A stretch of 32,000 nt of DNA from Chitinophaga pinensis (GTDB lineage: Bacteria; Bacteroidota; Bacteroidia; UBA7662): assembly GCA_943369355.1 (NCBI GenBank), contig CALRMX020000004.1, forward strand, positions 347,654 to 379,653, read 5' to 3'. This document shows positions 1 to 8,760 of this stretch, one piece after another. The translations under genes and the position numbers were made by a program. The notes under the pieces were generated by a model that was given only the letters and a program-made list of their open reading frames with translations, was not told where the DNA came from and made no database searches. Numbering within the stretch: the stretch's first letter is position 1; each line of letters begins with the position of its first letter.

Positions 1-198
1 CTCAAGTTGGAAGCCGCCTTGCGGTCCGGTGGTAGTGCCGTACACCTTGCTGCTGTCGGCCAAAGCACGCAAAACCACATTGGCAGCGGGGAGCGGCGTG
101 CGGTCGGCAGCATTAAGCACCCTACCTCGTATAACCGACTGTGCCAGAACAACTTGAGCAATGAAAAGGAAAAAAATTGAGAGTAACAGTCGCAACAT
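1..198 (-). CDS. N-terminal 66 codons of a CarboxypepD_reg-like / TonB-dependent-receptor-type outer membrane protein; the gene runs off the window start
   Basis: My reverse-complement translation from ATG at 198-196 gives MLRLLLSIFFLFIAQVVLAQSVIRGRVLNAADRTPLPAANVVLRALADSSKVYGTTTGPQGGFQLE. This is a signal peptide followed by the G.V.D...PL.gA.V....G.TD..G.F pattern of carboxypeptidase-regulatory-like N-domains. It is not in the ORF track because it has no stop in the window. Confidence 0.55.
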   Translation of the reverse strand, partial: MLRLLLSIFFLFIAQVVLAQSVIRGRVLNAADRTPLPAANVVLRALADSSKVYGTTTGPQGGFQLE

Positions 199-301
199 AG
201 GCCTACAAAAAACGGAATTAGACGCACAAGGCCTACAAAGGTTTAACGCTCGACCTCATTTTTTTGCTCACGCCCTGTCGCGCTAAGGCGAATAGCAGCG
301 G

Positions 302-309
302 TATATTTG
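302..309 (+). promoter_or_regulatory. Candidate Bacteroidota -7 promoter box (TATATTTG, consensus TAnnTTTG)
   Basis: Exact TAnnTTTG octamer 11 nt upstream of the ATG at 321. I saw no well-spaced -33 TTTG. Confidence 0.4.
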
Positions 310-320
310 AAAAAAAAGCC

Positions 321-671
321 ATGTCGCAGGTCACAGAATTTAATGCCTATCGCGAGAAGATGAACGAACGTATTCTCGCTACCAAAAACAAGACGATTCA
401 AAAAATCTACAATGTCGACCATACCACCTACCAAGATGGTGCTCTGCCCGCCCGCACCAAAGAACTGCTGGGGCTGGTAGCCAGCATGGTGCTGCGCTGC
501 GACGACTGCATCCGCTACCACATCCAAGAATGTTACCGCTTGGGCGTGACGAGCGAGGAGCTGTATGAGGTTTTTGGCATCGCCAATCTCGTGGGCGGCA
601 CCATTGTGATTCCCCACACCCGCAGGGCCATTGAATTCTGGGATGCCCTACATGCCCAAGAAAACGACTGA
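321..671 (+). CDS. Carboxymuconolactone decarboxylase (AhpD-like) family protein with CxxC
   Basis: ORF 264..671; I prefer the internal ATG at 321 (MSQVTEF...) because of the -7 box at 302-309. The stretch ARTKELLGLVASMVLRCDDCIRYHIQE is the AhpD/CMD-type helical core with a CxxC. Confidence 0.75.
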   Translation: MSQVTEFNAYREKMNERILATKNKTIQKIYNVDHTTYQDGALPARTKELLGLVASMVLRCDDCIRYHIQECYRLGVTSEELYEVFGIANLVGGTIVIPHTRRAIEFWDALHAQEND

Positions 672-795
672 GCACTGTGCGGTTCGCTACACAGCATCTA
701 CCGTTCATACCGCTAATCGTACTGTTGGTGCTCATCGAGTTGGGCAGACCGCCACACCGCGTTAACCTTGTAGCATGCATTCAACCCCACTAACC

Positions 796-2349
796 ATGAA
801 GAAGTCACTGCTGCTAGGTATCGGATTGTTCCTCCACCTTACCCTTGGTGCACAGGTAAAACCAGTGCGGCCCGTAGATCCGGTAAGGCCTGTTGACCCT
901 GTGGCGCCGGTTGCGCCTGTACGCCCGCTGGGCGAAACTTTTGAGCTGCGCGGCAGCGGCGACGACTGCGACTGCCCCATGGCGCAAGGCGGAGGCACCA
1001 ACGTTACCATCAGCGGCCCGCAAGACGGTCCGCATACCACCACCATTACCCGCAACGGAACCACCCTCAAAATGACCTACGAGGGAGAGTTTGCCATTAG
1101 CGACAACGATCAAGACGTGACCGTACTCAACGATGGCGGTTACTTCATGCTGCAAAAGACCGTTTTTGGCAGTAAGCACAAAGTAGAGATCCGCAACGAA
1201 AGCGGCCAGCAGGTGAAGCGCTACTGGGAAGGCAGCCGCGAGCAACCCTGGGAGCCCGATGGCCGCAAATGGCTCGCCGAGTTGCTGCCGGAGCTGGTCC
1301 GCAGCTCCACCATCGGCGCCGAGAGCCGCGTGAAGCGTTTTTACGCCAAGGGAGGAGCCACCGCCGTGCTCGACGAGATTAGTCAGCTCGAAAGCGACCA
1401 CGTACAAGCTCACTACGGCAAGTTGCTGCTGCGATACCCACTGAATGCTCAGCAGTTTAATGAGAGTATTCGTCGGCTCGCCAATATTGTACGCAGCGAC
1501 TATTACCTCGCTGGTCTCCTCAAAAGCAGCCTGCAAAAAGGACAATCGGCCGGCAATGTGGGCGCTGTGCTTGCTGCCACACAAAAGGTGAGCTCCGACT
1601 ACTACCGCGCCGAAGTGCTCGACGCCGTGATCAGCCGCAAGACCCTGGAAGGCGACGACCTCAAGGAGGTACTCAAGGCTGCCACCGGTATGGCTAGCGA
1701 TTACTACAAAGCCGGTGTGCTCGAGAAGTTTGCGCGTGCCGAAGGAGCCGACAAAAACCAAGTGGCCTACTTCGAAACCGCCAGCACCATTGCCAGCGAC
1801 TACTACCGCTCGGGCGTGTTGAGTAAGGGTTTCCGCAACTTCTCACTCACCACTACAGGCCTATTTGCAGGCATGCAGGCCTGGGCCACCATGGGCAGCG
1901 ACTTTTACCAGCACGAGGTGTTGATGCAGCTGGTAAAAACGCATAAGCTCACCCCCGATGCACAGAAATTGGTGCTCACGCCCATCGGCAGCGGCATCAG
2001 CAGCGATATGTACAAGCAGGAAGTACTCAAAGCTTTCGCACGCGGACAAAACATGAATATGGAAAGCGTAAAGCTGTACCTGAATGCCGCCAATACCGTG
2101 GGCAGCGATATGTACAAAGCCGAAAGTTTGAAGGCCCTCCGTCAGCAGTCGCTCGACGATGCCTCGCAGGTGGTTCTTTATGGTGCCGTGAAAGACCTCA
2201 GCTCGGATATGTATAAATCGGAAGTGCTCAAGCAGTACGCCGCGCTGGCCGCCAGCTCGGGTGAGAGTGCCCGTGGAGCCTTCAAGGCCGCTGCCAAGAG
2301 CATCACCAGCTCGCATTATTTTGGCGACTTAATGCGGAGTATCGACTAA
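796..2349 (+). CDS. Secreted repeat protein: signal peptide, PVxPVx proline tract, then about ten 33-35-aa helical repeats with an SD[YFM]Y-x3-[VL]L signature
   Basis: ORF 775..2349; MKKSLLLGIGLFLHLTLGAQ at 796 is a better signal peptide start. The repeat Ser codons sit at 1393, 1495, 1594, 1696, 1795, 1897, 2002, 2104, 2203 and 2308, a spacing of 99-105 nt. Confidence 0.75.
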   Translation: MKKSLLLGIGLFLHLTLGAQVKPVRPVDPVRPVDPVAPVAPVRPLGETFELRGSGDDCDCPMAQGGGTNVTISGPQDGPHTTTITRNGTTLKMTYEGEFAISDNDQDVTVLNDGGYFMLQKTVFGSKHKVEIRNESGQQVKRYWEGSREQPWEPDGRKWLAELLPELVRSSTIGAESRVKRFYAKGGATAVLDEISQLESDHVQAHYGKLLLRYPLNAQQFNESIRRLANIVRSDYYLAGLLKSSLQKGQSAGNVGAVLAATQKVSSDYYRAEVLDAVISRKTLEGDDLKEVLKAATGMASDYYKAGVLEKFARAEGADKNQVAYFETASTIASDYYRSGVLSKGFRNFSLTTTGLFAGMQAWATMGSDFYQHEVLMQLVKTHKLTPDAQKLVLTPIGSGISSDMYKQEVLKAFARGQNMNMESVKLYLNAANTVGSDMYKAESLKALRQQSLDDASQVVLYGAVKDLSSDMYKSEVLKQYAALAASSGESARGAFKAAAKSITSSHYFGDLMRSID

Positions 2350-2351
2350 AT

Positions 2352-2384
2352 CCATGCGGGCGATTTACTAAATTGCCCGCATGG
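2352..2384 (+). terminator. 33-bp near-perfect palindrome / stem-loop just after the stop at 2347-2349; no T-run follows
   Basis: ccatgcgggc (2352-2361) pairs with gcccgcatgg (2375-2384), and the inner atttaCtaaat is also palindromic. It overlaps the ATG at 2381. Confidence 0.4.
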
Positions 2385-3472
2385 TCGTCACTACCCTCTT
2401 ACTTCGTATCCGTATGGCACTTGCAGAAGTTCGTGGACTCCGACTGTTGGCCGGTATACTCACCGCCACCCTCTGTTTTTTCCTGTTGCAATACAGCGAA
2501 ACCGAAAGCTGGTCGATCAACATCACCCAACTTCCGGGTCTGACCCTCTCTTTGGTTTTTGGCTTGCTGGCTGCTCCCCTGTTGGAGGCCTTCAACCACC
2601 AACTCGACCAAAAAATATCGTACCGCAGCCAATTTGGCTGGCGCCTGCTGTTGGGTTGGCTCAGCAGCATTTTCCTTCTGCTCACCGCCTTCCTCGCCAG
2701 CGTATGGCTGGTGGCCTATGCCCTGCCGGCGCTTTTCGACCCGTTGGTAGAGGCAGGTCCTAACGGTCAACAACTCCGGCAGGTGATTCTCAAAGCCTGC
2801 ATCTTGCTGGCTATCGTCTTGTTCTTCGACCAGATCGCCTACACCTTGCGTTTCTCGTGGCACGATTACGCCATTGCCCGACTCACGCGCTACCGGCGCG
2901 AGAAGGCCATGACCGAATGGCGCTACCAAACGCTGAAGGCGCAACTGAGTCCGCATTACCTCTTCAACAACCTCAACACCATCAGTGCCTTGTTGCACGA
3001 AAAACCGGTTCAAGCCGCCCTGTTTATCCGCCAGCTGGCCGCAAGCTACCGCTACATACTGGCACAGCGTAACCGACTGCTAGTGCCCATGCAGGACGAG
3101 CTGAGTTTTGTGAACAACTACCTCAGTTTGCTACAGATACGTTTTGGCGAACAAATCAGGTTGCACAACAACATTGCGCCTACCGACCGGCGACAGCTGC
3201 CGCCATTAAGTTTGCAGTTGCTCATCGAAAATGCCGTGAAGCACAATCCTCCCTCGGCCGAACAGCCGCTACACATATGGCTCAGCATAGTGGGCGATGG
3301 GCGATTGGAGGTGCGCAACAATCGTCTGCCCGGCACCGGTGCCGACAGCTTCAGGATAGGGCTGCAGCATTTGCGAGAACTGTACAGCCTGCACCAGCGG
3401 CGTGCGCCAGAAATTAACGACGGCAACGAGTTTAGCGTACGTCTCGACTTATTTGCGGAGGCCGAGGCATGA
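2381..3472 (+). CDS. LytS/YehU-type sensor histidine kinase (multi-TM N-terminus, His_kinase plus HATPase_c)
   Basis: The H-box region is LKAQLSPHYLFNNLNTISALL and the N-box is LLIENAVKHN. The start could instead be ATG 2414 (MALAEV...), because 2381 lies inside the palindrome stem. Confidence 0.85.
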   Translation: MVVTTLLLRIRMALAEVRGLRLLAGILTATLCFFLLQYSETESWSINITQLPGLTLSLVFGLLAAPLLEAFNHQLDQKISYRSQFGWRLLLGWLSSIFLLLTAFLASVWLVAYALPALFDPLVEAGPNGQQLRQVILKACILLAIVLFFDQIAYTLRFSWHDYAIARLTRYRREKAMTEWRYQTLKAQLSPHYLFNNLNTISALLHEKPVQAALFIRQLAASYRYILAQRNRLLVPMQDELSFVNNYLSLLQIRFGEQIRLHNNIAPTDRRQLPPLSLQLLIENAVKHNPPSAEQPLHIWLSIVGDGRLEVRNNRLPGTGADSFRIGLQHLRELYSLHQRRAPEINDGNEFSVRLDLFAEAEA

Positions 3473-4494
3473 AGAGCCCGCTAATCCAAAACCCGCTATT
3501 TCGTTTGCTGGCGCCAGTGGTGTTCGGCTTGCTGGTGTATTTGATGCTGCTGTTGCTCAACAATCAAGTAGGGCAGCTAAGCACTCTTTTCCGATCGCAG
3601 GAGATGTACATCTGCATACTACTGGCAGCGATGCAGTTTGAAAGTTTGCGCTTCCTGGTAGGTCGCAGTCGCCTAGGCGATGCAGGCAACGAGCGCCGCC
3701 GCTGGTGGCTGCTGGCTTTGGCCGGTAACGGCATCGCCACGACTTTGCTGCTCACCGCATTGTGGGCCTACTACGTTTACGTAATTGGCTTTGCCCCGTC
3801 GGGCAGCGAGCTGCTTCGTTTTGCAGGCCTCTACTTGCCTGGTGGGTGGTTTTACTTGGCCTTATACGGCAGCCAATTTTATTTGCAACGCCAAAATATG
3901 GCACAGCTCGAGCAAGAAGCCGAAGAGCTGGCACGTTTAGAAGAGGAATTCAACGATTTCAGTGCCGAATTACATCCTACACTTTTGTACGATGCCCTCG
4001 AACAGCTGCTCATACGCCTGCCCCATCAGTCGGCCGAGGCCGACCGCTACCTCCAGCTGCTGGCTAGCCACTACCGCCACCGGCTCATCAACCGGCAGGA
4101 GGAGGTGATTCCACTGAAATACGAGCTCGAGGCCGCGGAGACCTTTTTGGCACTGCTGCGCCCCATACGGCGGCAGCAGCTGGTACTTGTTTGCGACCCT
4201 TTACCCCATGATGAGCTGTTGTTGCCCCCCGGCGCAGTGTTTACCGCCATTTATTGGCTGTTGCGGCACGGCATCAGCGGCGAAAACGAGTCGCCGATAC
4301 AGCTGCAGCTCGAAGGCCAGCAGCTTACCCTTCGCTGGGCGCAGCCCGGACGACTTCAGCCCGATGCCGAAAGCAGCTATGCCCTCGACCGGCTTGTACG
4401 TTCGTATCGCCGGCTGAGCAGTCAGCAGCCCGCAACCCAGCTGGGCGACAACGAAATTTGTGTTCACCTGCCACTCCTTCACCTCCACACCTGA
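3469..4494 (+). CDS. LytS-type histidine-kinase paralogue with a degenerate ATP-binding region
   Basis: ATGA start/stop overlap with the upstream kinase at 3469-3472. It has a multi-TM N-terminus. The H-box-like segment is FSAELHPTLLYDALEQLL. The position of ENAVKHN reads AIYWLLRHGIS. Confidence 0.65.
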   Translation: MKSPLIQNPLFRLLAPVVFGLLVYLMLLLLNNQVGQLSTLFRSQEMYICILLAAMQFESLRFLVGRSRLGDAGNERRRWWLLALAGNGIATTLLLTALWAYYVYVIGFAPSGSELLRFAGLYLPGGWFYLALYGSQFYLQRQNMAQLEQEAEELARLEEEFNDFSAELHPTLLYDALEQLLIRLPHQSAEADRYLQLLASHYRHRLINRQEEVIPLKYELEAAETFLALLRPIRRQQLVLVCDPLPHDELLLPPGAVFTAIYWLLRHGISGENESPIQLQLEGQQLTLRWAQPGRLQPDAESSYALDRLVRSYRRLSSQQPATQLGDNEICVHLPLLHLHT

Positions 4495-4495
4495 T

Positions 4496-5242
4496 ATGCG
4501 TATACTCATCATCGAAGACGAACAGCCCGCCGCCGAACGGCTCGAAACTTTGCTCCGGCAGCTGGTGCCTGGTCTGCAGCTGTTGGCGGTGCTTCGCCGG
4601 GTCGACGAGGCCATCGATTGGTTTGCCACCACCACTGCAGCCCCCGAGCTCATCTTCACCGATGTGCAACTGCCCGATGGACTCAGCTTTCAGATCTTTA
4701 ACCGCTTCCCACCGCAAGTACCTGTGATTTTTGTGACTGCTTTCGACCAATATGCACTCGACGCCTTTCGCGTAAACGGTATCGATTACTTGCTCAAACC
4801 CATCAATGTTACCGAGCTCGACCGTAGCCTGCAGCGCGCACGCAGCCGACAGCCCGCAGCCGCACAGCTCAGCGAGTTGGGCAAACAATGGGGACAAAAA
4901 GCTTACAAAAGCCGCTTCATGGTGAAACTTGGCGAACATCTGCGTGCGGTGAGCGTAGAACAAATCCTGTTGTTTTATGCCGAAGGACGAACAGTATTCT
5001 TGTACACCACCGAAGGGCGGAGGTTTATCGTCGACTTCACGCTCGACCAATTAGAAGATGCCCTCGACCCGGCTCGTTTTTACCGCATCAACCGCAGTTT
5101 TGTGGTAGCGCTACACGCCATACAAGAGGTGGTGGTGTATAGCAGTAGCCGCTTACGGATTGTTACACAACCTTCTTTTGCCGAAGAACTTATTGTGAGC
5201 CGCGAAAAGGTAGGGCCTTTCAAGAGTTGGTACGAAGGATAG
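4496..5242 (+). CDS. LytR/AlgR-family response regulator (receiver plus LytTR DNA-binding domain)
   Basis: ORF 4460..5242; I take the start at ATG 4496 (MRILIIEDEQP...), 1 nt after the upstream stop. The receiver has the DxxLPDGLSF motif. The LytTR segment is FMVKLGEHLRAVSVEQILLFYAEGRTVFLYT...FYRINRSFVV. Confidence 0.9.
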   Translation: MRILIIEDEQPAAERLETLLRQLVPGLQLLAVLRRVDEAIDWFATTTAAPELIFTDVQLPDGLSFQIFNRFPPQVPVIFVTAFDQYALDAFRVNGIDYLLKPINVTELDRSLQRARSRQPAAAQLSELGKQWGQKAYKSRFMVKLGEHLRAVSVEQILLFYAEGRTVFLYTTEGRRFIVDFTLDQLEDALDPARFYRINRSFVVALHAIQEVVVYSSSRLRIVTQPSFAEELIVSREKVGPFKSWYEG

Positions 5243-5308
5243 GGAATTCAGTGCTCAAAACTGTAAATTCACGCCTGTAAAGCGTAGGCTTCAAGCCTTC
5301 CCTAACCC

Positions 5309-5878
5309 ATGAAAGAGCATTATCAGCAGCAGTTTTCGGCCAAAGATTTCGTCAACGGGAAGTTGATCTTGGAAGGTTTATATGAAGCCTGTGCGTTTAA
5401 GGGATTGTCGTTAGAAGGGATTCGTTTGGCTGGACTGCGTTTTGAAGACTGTAGTTTTCTCGATTGTGATTTGAGTGGTTGCGATACCCACCAAACCGCT
5501 TTCCGCAACTGCGCGTTTAACGGTTGCAAGTTGCTGGGCTTTCGGTTCGACCGATGTAATCCGCTGGGATTGAGCCTCGCTTTTGATCGCTGCATACTCG
5601 ACAGGGCGGTATTTACTGGGCTCACCCTTACCGGACTCCAGCTTAACCGGTGCTCAGTGCAGGAAGTCGACTTTGTAAATGCCAAACTAAAAAATGCACA
5701 ATTCACCGCTTGCGATTTGCAAGGCAGCCTTTTTGTCCACACCTTGCTCGACGGGGCCGACTTTACCACTGCATTCAATTACCGCTTTAAGCCCGAAGAA
5801 AACAGCCTCATCAAAACGCATTTCAGCGCTGATGGACTTGCAGGTTTGCTTGTGCATCATGGATTGGTGATTAGCTAA
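5309..5878 (+). CDS. Pentapeptide-repeat protein
   Basis: Continuous A(D/N)LxF-type pentapeptide periodicity, for example FEDCSFLDCDLSGCDTHQTAFRNCAFNGCKLLGFRFDRC. Confidence 0.85.
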   Translation: MKEHYQQQFSAKDFVNGKLILEGLYEACAFKGLSLEGIRLAGLRFEDCSFLDCDLSGCDTHQTAFRNCAFNGCKLLGFRFDRCNPLGLSLAFDRCILDRAVFTGLTLTGLQLNRCSVQEVDFVNAKLKNAQFTACDLQGSLFVHTLLDGADFTTAFNYRFKPEENSLIKTHFSADGLAGLLVHHGLVIS

Positions 5879-5946
5879 AATGCCGATTTAATGCAAGCTT
5901 AAGGCGGCTCCTTTGGCAAAACACGCTAAAAAGGTTAGTCTTGTTG

Positions 5947-6438
5947 ATGCGCCGCCTTATCCGCACGTTATTGCTCATCCTCTTGCCTGTTGCCGCAGCT
6001 GCACAAGTGCGGCCGTGGGTAGAAGCAATCACTTACGATGCGGCCATCGATAGCCCATTTAGCTTGGGTGGAGACGCGAACATCTACCAATACCACAACG
6101 ATGGCTTGGGGGTGACCTTCCTTGGCGGTAGGCCTATGTTGCATGACGCTTTGCAAAAAGCTACGGCTCAATTAAAATTCGACCCCGCATTCGACGGCCT
6201 CGTGCGAATACGTTTTGTGGTAAACAAAGCTGGCGAGAGTGGCATGTTCCGAACCTATGTCTATACCGTTACGGGCGAGCAAGCCCACTTGCCTGCAGCC
6301 TTACTCAACCCCCTCGCCCAAGCCGTAAAACAGTTGAATGGCTGGCAACCCAAAATCATTCGCGATCAAACTGTGCATTATTATCAATATGTGATTTTCC
6401 GTATTCAAGGGGGTAAAGTCAGTCATATCTTGCCATGA
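5947..6438 (+). CDS. Secreted hypothetical protein
   Basis: ORF 5941..6438 opens with two TTG codons; ATG 5947 gives MRRLIRTLLLILLPVAAAAQ, a signal peptide. ATGA overlap with the next gene at 6435-6438. Confidence 0.6.
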   Translation: MRRLIRTLLLILLPVAAAAQVRPWVEAITYDAAIDSPFSLGGDANIYQYHNDGLGVTFLGGRPMLHDALQKATAQLKFDPAFDGLVRIRFVVNKAGESGMFRTYVYTVTGEQAHLPAALLNPLAQAVKQLNGWQPKIIRDQTVHYYQYVIFRIQGGKVSHILP

Positions 6439-7253
6439 AACGTATCTTCTTTGCCCTTTTGCTGCTCAGCAGTAATATTCAGTTACATGCCCAACCCAAT
6501 TGTGCCGCATTACTATTCTACGGCGATACCGCTGCCTATGAAGCTTGTCAGTACCTCGAAACTGCTCTAAATGGCCACTATCAATACGAGGAGGAGTTTC
6601 AACGCATCTGCGATTCGGCACTGAGCATTTGTGGTCATTTCGCTTATGCCTGGCGCGAAAAAAGCACACCCTATGTAAAATCGGGTAATTTCCATTTGTG
6701 GATGAAGTATATGAACGAAGCCGTTCGTTACGATACCCTTGAGATGTTGCCTGCGAGAGCCAGTTGCCGAGGGAAGTTTTTTGCCGATTATGCAGGCGCC
6801 ATCGCCGATATCGAACTGTTTGAACGCAAATATCCGGGTAGTTTGGCCATGGCACACAACGGCACCTATAGTTTGCACATGGTGAAAGCTTTGAGTTACC
6901 GTGCCCTCGGCCAACGCAATCAAGCCATCAGCACCGCCGAAAGCTATTTACGGACCTATCCCAACAACATTGGCATGTACGACCGGCTCCATTTAGGAGT
7001 AATGTACTTTGAAGCTGGTCGGGTACCAGAAGCGAAAAAACAGCTCGAAACTCAGCTAAAAGAAAGTGCAATTGCAGAGGCAGCTTATGCGCTTGCGAAA
7101 ATTGCGAAAGCAGAAAAAAACGACGATTTAGCCAAAAAATACATTCAGCAAGCACGAGAATTATTCAACGCCGACCAGCAACTGTTCGACCCTTATCATT
7201 ATCTCGACGATCAGCTCTTTGAAGCTGAGCTGGTAGAAGCCGAGCGCTGGTAA
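6435..7253 (+). CDS. Secreted TPR-repeat protein
   Basis: Signal peptide MKRIFFALLLLSSNIQLHAQ. TPR-like helices follow, for example YRALGQRNQAISTAESYLRTYPNN and GVMYFEAGRVPEAKKQLE. Confidence 0.7.
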   Translation: MKRIFFALLLLSSNIQLHAQPNCAALLFYGDTAAYEACQYLETALNGHYQYEEEFQRICDSALSICGHFAYAWREKSTPYVKSGNFHLWMKYMNEAVRYDTLEMLPARASCRGKFFADYAGAIADIELFERKYPGSLAMAHNGTYSLHMVKALSYRALGQRNQAISTAESYLRTYPNNIGMYDRLHLGVMYFEAGRVPEAKKQLETQLKESAIAEAAYALAKIAKAEKNDDLAKKYIQQARELFNADQQLFDPYHYLDDQLFEAELVEAERW

Positions 7254-7263
7254 ATTGTTTCTT

Positions 7264-7749
7264 TTAATGCTCAGCGTGTTCGGCTTCTGAGTTTGCAGGC
7301 ATCACAAAATCTTTGCGTATTTCGGGGTGACGAATTTCACCTCCTGAATTACCTACACCTGCAGCCATAACCATGGCAACCAATGAAACGCCTAAAACAA
7401 TATAGTTAAGCAGCTTTTGTTGCGCATGATTTTTCAGCTCGGCCCATAGGCCAATTGCCGACAAGAGCGCCAAACCACCAGCCATGAACAAAAAGATTTC
7501 CGCCTTTTCTTCGTGCTCGTGTATCAGGTCGTGCGATACCCCTTCAAGATGTTCCACGATTTCTTCGGCTTCTTCCCCAGTTTTGTTGGCCGGCAAGGCC
7601 GATACTCCGGCAACGATGAGCCCCACTAACGCCACGCGACGAATGAGGGTTTGATTGAGTAGTATGCCGGCTAGAAGGACAAAAATGCCAAATAAAATGC
7701 CGAGTATGGGTAGATGATTGATGAGCAAGTGAAGATGTGCAGCGTTCAT
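7264..7749 (-). CDS. Small integral membrane protein (about 4 TM) with an acidic, His-rich loop and tail
   Basis: MNAAHLHLLINHLPILGILFGIFVLLAGILL plus three more hydrophobic spans. Family not recognised with certainty. Confidence 0.6.
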   Translation of the reverse strand: MNAAHLHLLINHLPILGILFGIFVLLAGILLNQTLIRRVALVGLIVAGVSALPANKTGEEAEEIVEHLEGVSHDLIHEHEEKAEIFLFMAGGLALLSAIGLWAELKNHAQQKLLNYIVLGVSLVAMVMAAGVGNSGGEIRHPEIRKDFVMPANSEAEHAEH

Positions 7750-7803
7750 GATTAGTTTTCTACTAAGCTAACGAATTAAAGCTTCGGCTATATGATTAAT
7801 TCA

Positions 7804-8760
7804 TCAACCTTTTTCTTGATTTAACCAAGGCAGCTTCAAAGCTAGGGTATTTCTTTTTTGCGCGGTCTCTGCAACGAAACGTCGGTGTGCTTCGGTATCA
7901 GGAAAACGTGGTCGATGGCGGCTGGCTAGCGTAAGCTCATACACATTTGCCGCTAGCTCGCGGGTAGCATCGTCCATACAGAGTTGGCTAAACTGCTCGA
8001 AGACGTATTGCGTGGCCGCGTGGTTAGGATGTACTAGGTCGATATCGTACCATCGGTGGTCGCGAAGTACGTCAATCACCAATTCGTAAGCGGGGAAATA
8101 ATGGCAATCGGCTACTTCTTCCACCAGTTGGTGCACCACTTCAATGAGTCGTGCCTTGCTCCGGTTATTGTCGATAACGCCATCGCGGTGGTGCCGAACG
8201 GGGCTCACGGTGAATAGCACTTTCAGATTCGGATTAAAGTTTCGTGCGGCTTGAATTGCCGCCTTCAATTCCTTAAGCATGCCCTCAACCGACAGAAGCT
8301 GTTTGGTAAAGTTAGCTGACGGGGCGCGGTGGTTGTTGGCCACTGGCTGGGCACTATCGACCAATTGGTAACGAAAAGCTGAACCCAAAGTAAGCACTAG
8401 CCAAGTGGCCGATTTCAAGCATTGATGACCTTGGTGAATGGCTGAGTTGATAGCCTCTACAGCTGCTTCTCGGTTGGTATGACTAAAATCACTATGATGC
8501 TCCCAGCTGTTCCACAGTTCGTTGGCATAAAAAAGCCTCTTCATTGGCCATGATTCGCCTTGAGCCAGCATTTGGAGGTGCCGTGCTACAGCCGTTGGGT
8601 CGAAAACGATACCGGTGGGGTTGGCCAAGGTTCTAAATCCCCTTTCAGCCAACGCCGCTCCAATATTGGCCGTAAAGCACGACCCTATCAGTAAAAGCCG
8701 ATCGTGGTGACCCATCGGCGCGCTCGACCATTGGTAGCGGAGTTCTAATTGTGTTTTCAT
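7804..8760 (-). CDS. GSCFA-domain protein
   Basis: The N-terminal LLIGSCFTANIGAAL carries the eponymous GSCF motif, and length and overall layout fit the family. Confidence 0.8.
   Translation of the reverse strand: MKTQLELRYQWSSAPMGHHDRLLLIGSCFTANIGAALAERGFRTLANPTGIVFDPTAVARHLQMLAQGESWPMKRLFYANELWNSWEHHSDFSHTNREAAVEAINSAIHQGHQCLKSATWLVLTLGSAFRYQLVDSAQPVANNHRAPSANFTKQLLSVEGMLKELKAAIQAARNFNPNLKVLFTVSPVRHHRDGVIDNNRSKARLIEVVHQLVEEVADCHYFPAYELVIDVLRDHRWYDIDLVHPNHAATQYVFEQFSQLCMDDATRELAANVYELTLASRHRPRFPDTEAHRRFVAETAQKRNTLALKLPWLNQEKG

Noticed and set aside
814-1761. 315-aa ORF antisense to the repeat-protein gene, together with the 151-aa ORF at 1861..2316
   Set aside because: These are shadow ORFs typical of GC-rich coding sequence. 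The + strand frame has a signal peptide and a strict 34-aa repeat periodicity, while the antisense product is low-complexity with no recognisable motif.
4325-5050. 241-aa ORF antisense to the kinase/response-regulator junction, together with 2399..3013 and 4201..4659
   Set aside because: It lies opposite clearly motif-bearing genes (receiver, LytTR, His_kinase). It is Arg/Gly/Ala-rich off-frame sequence and has no independent support.
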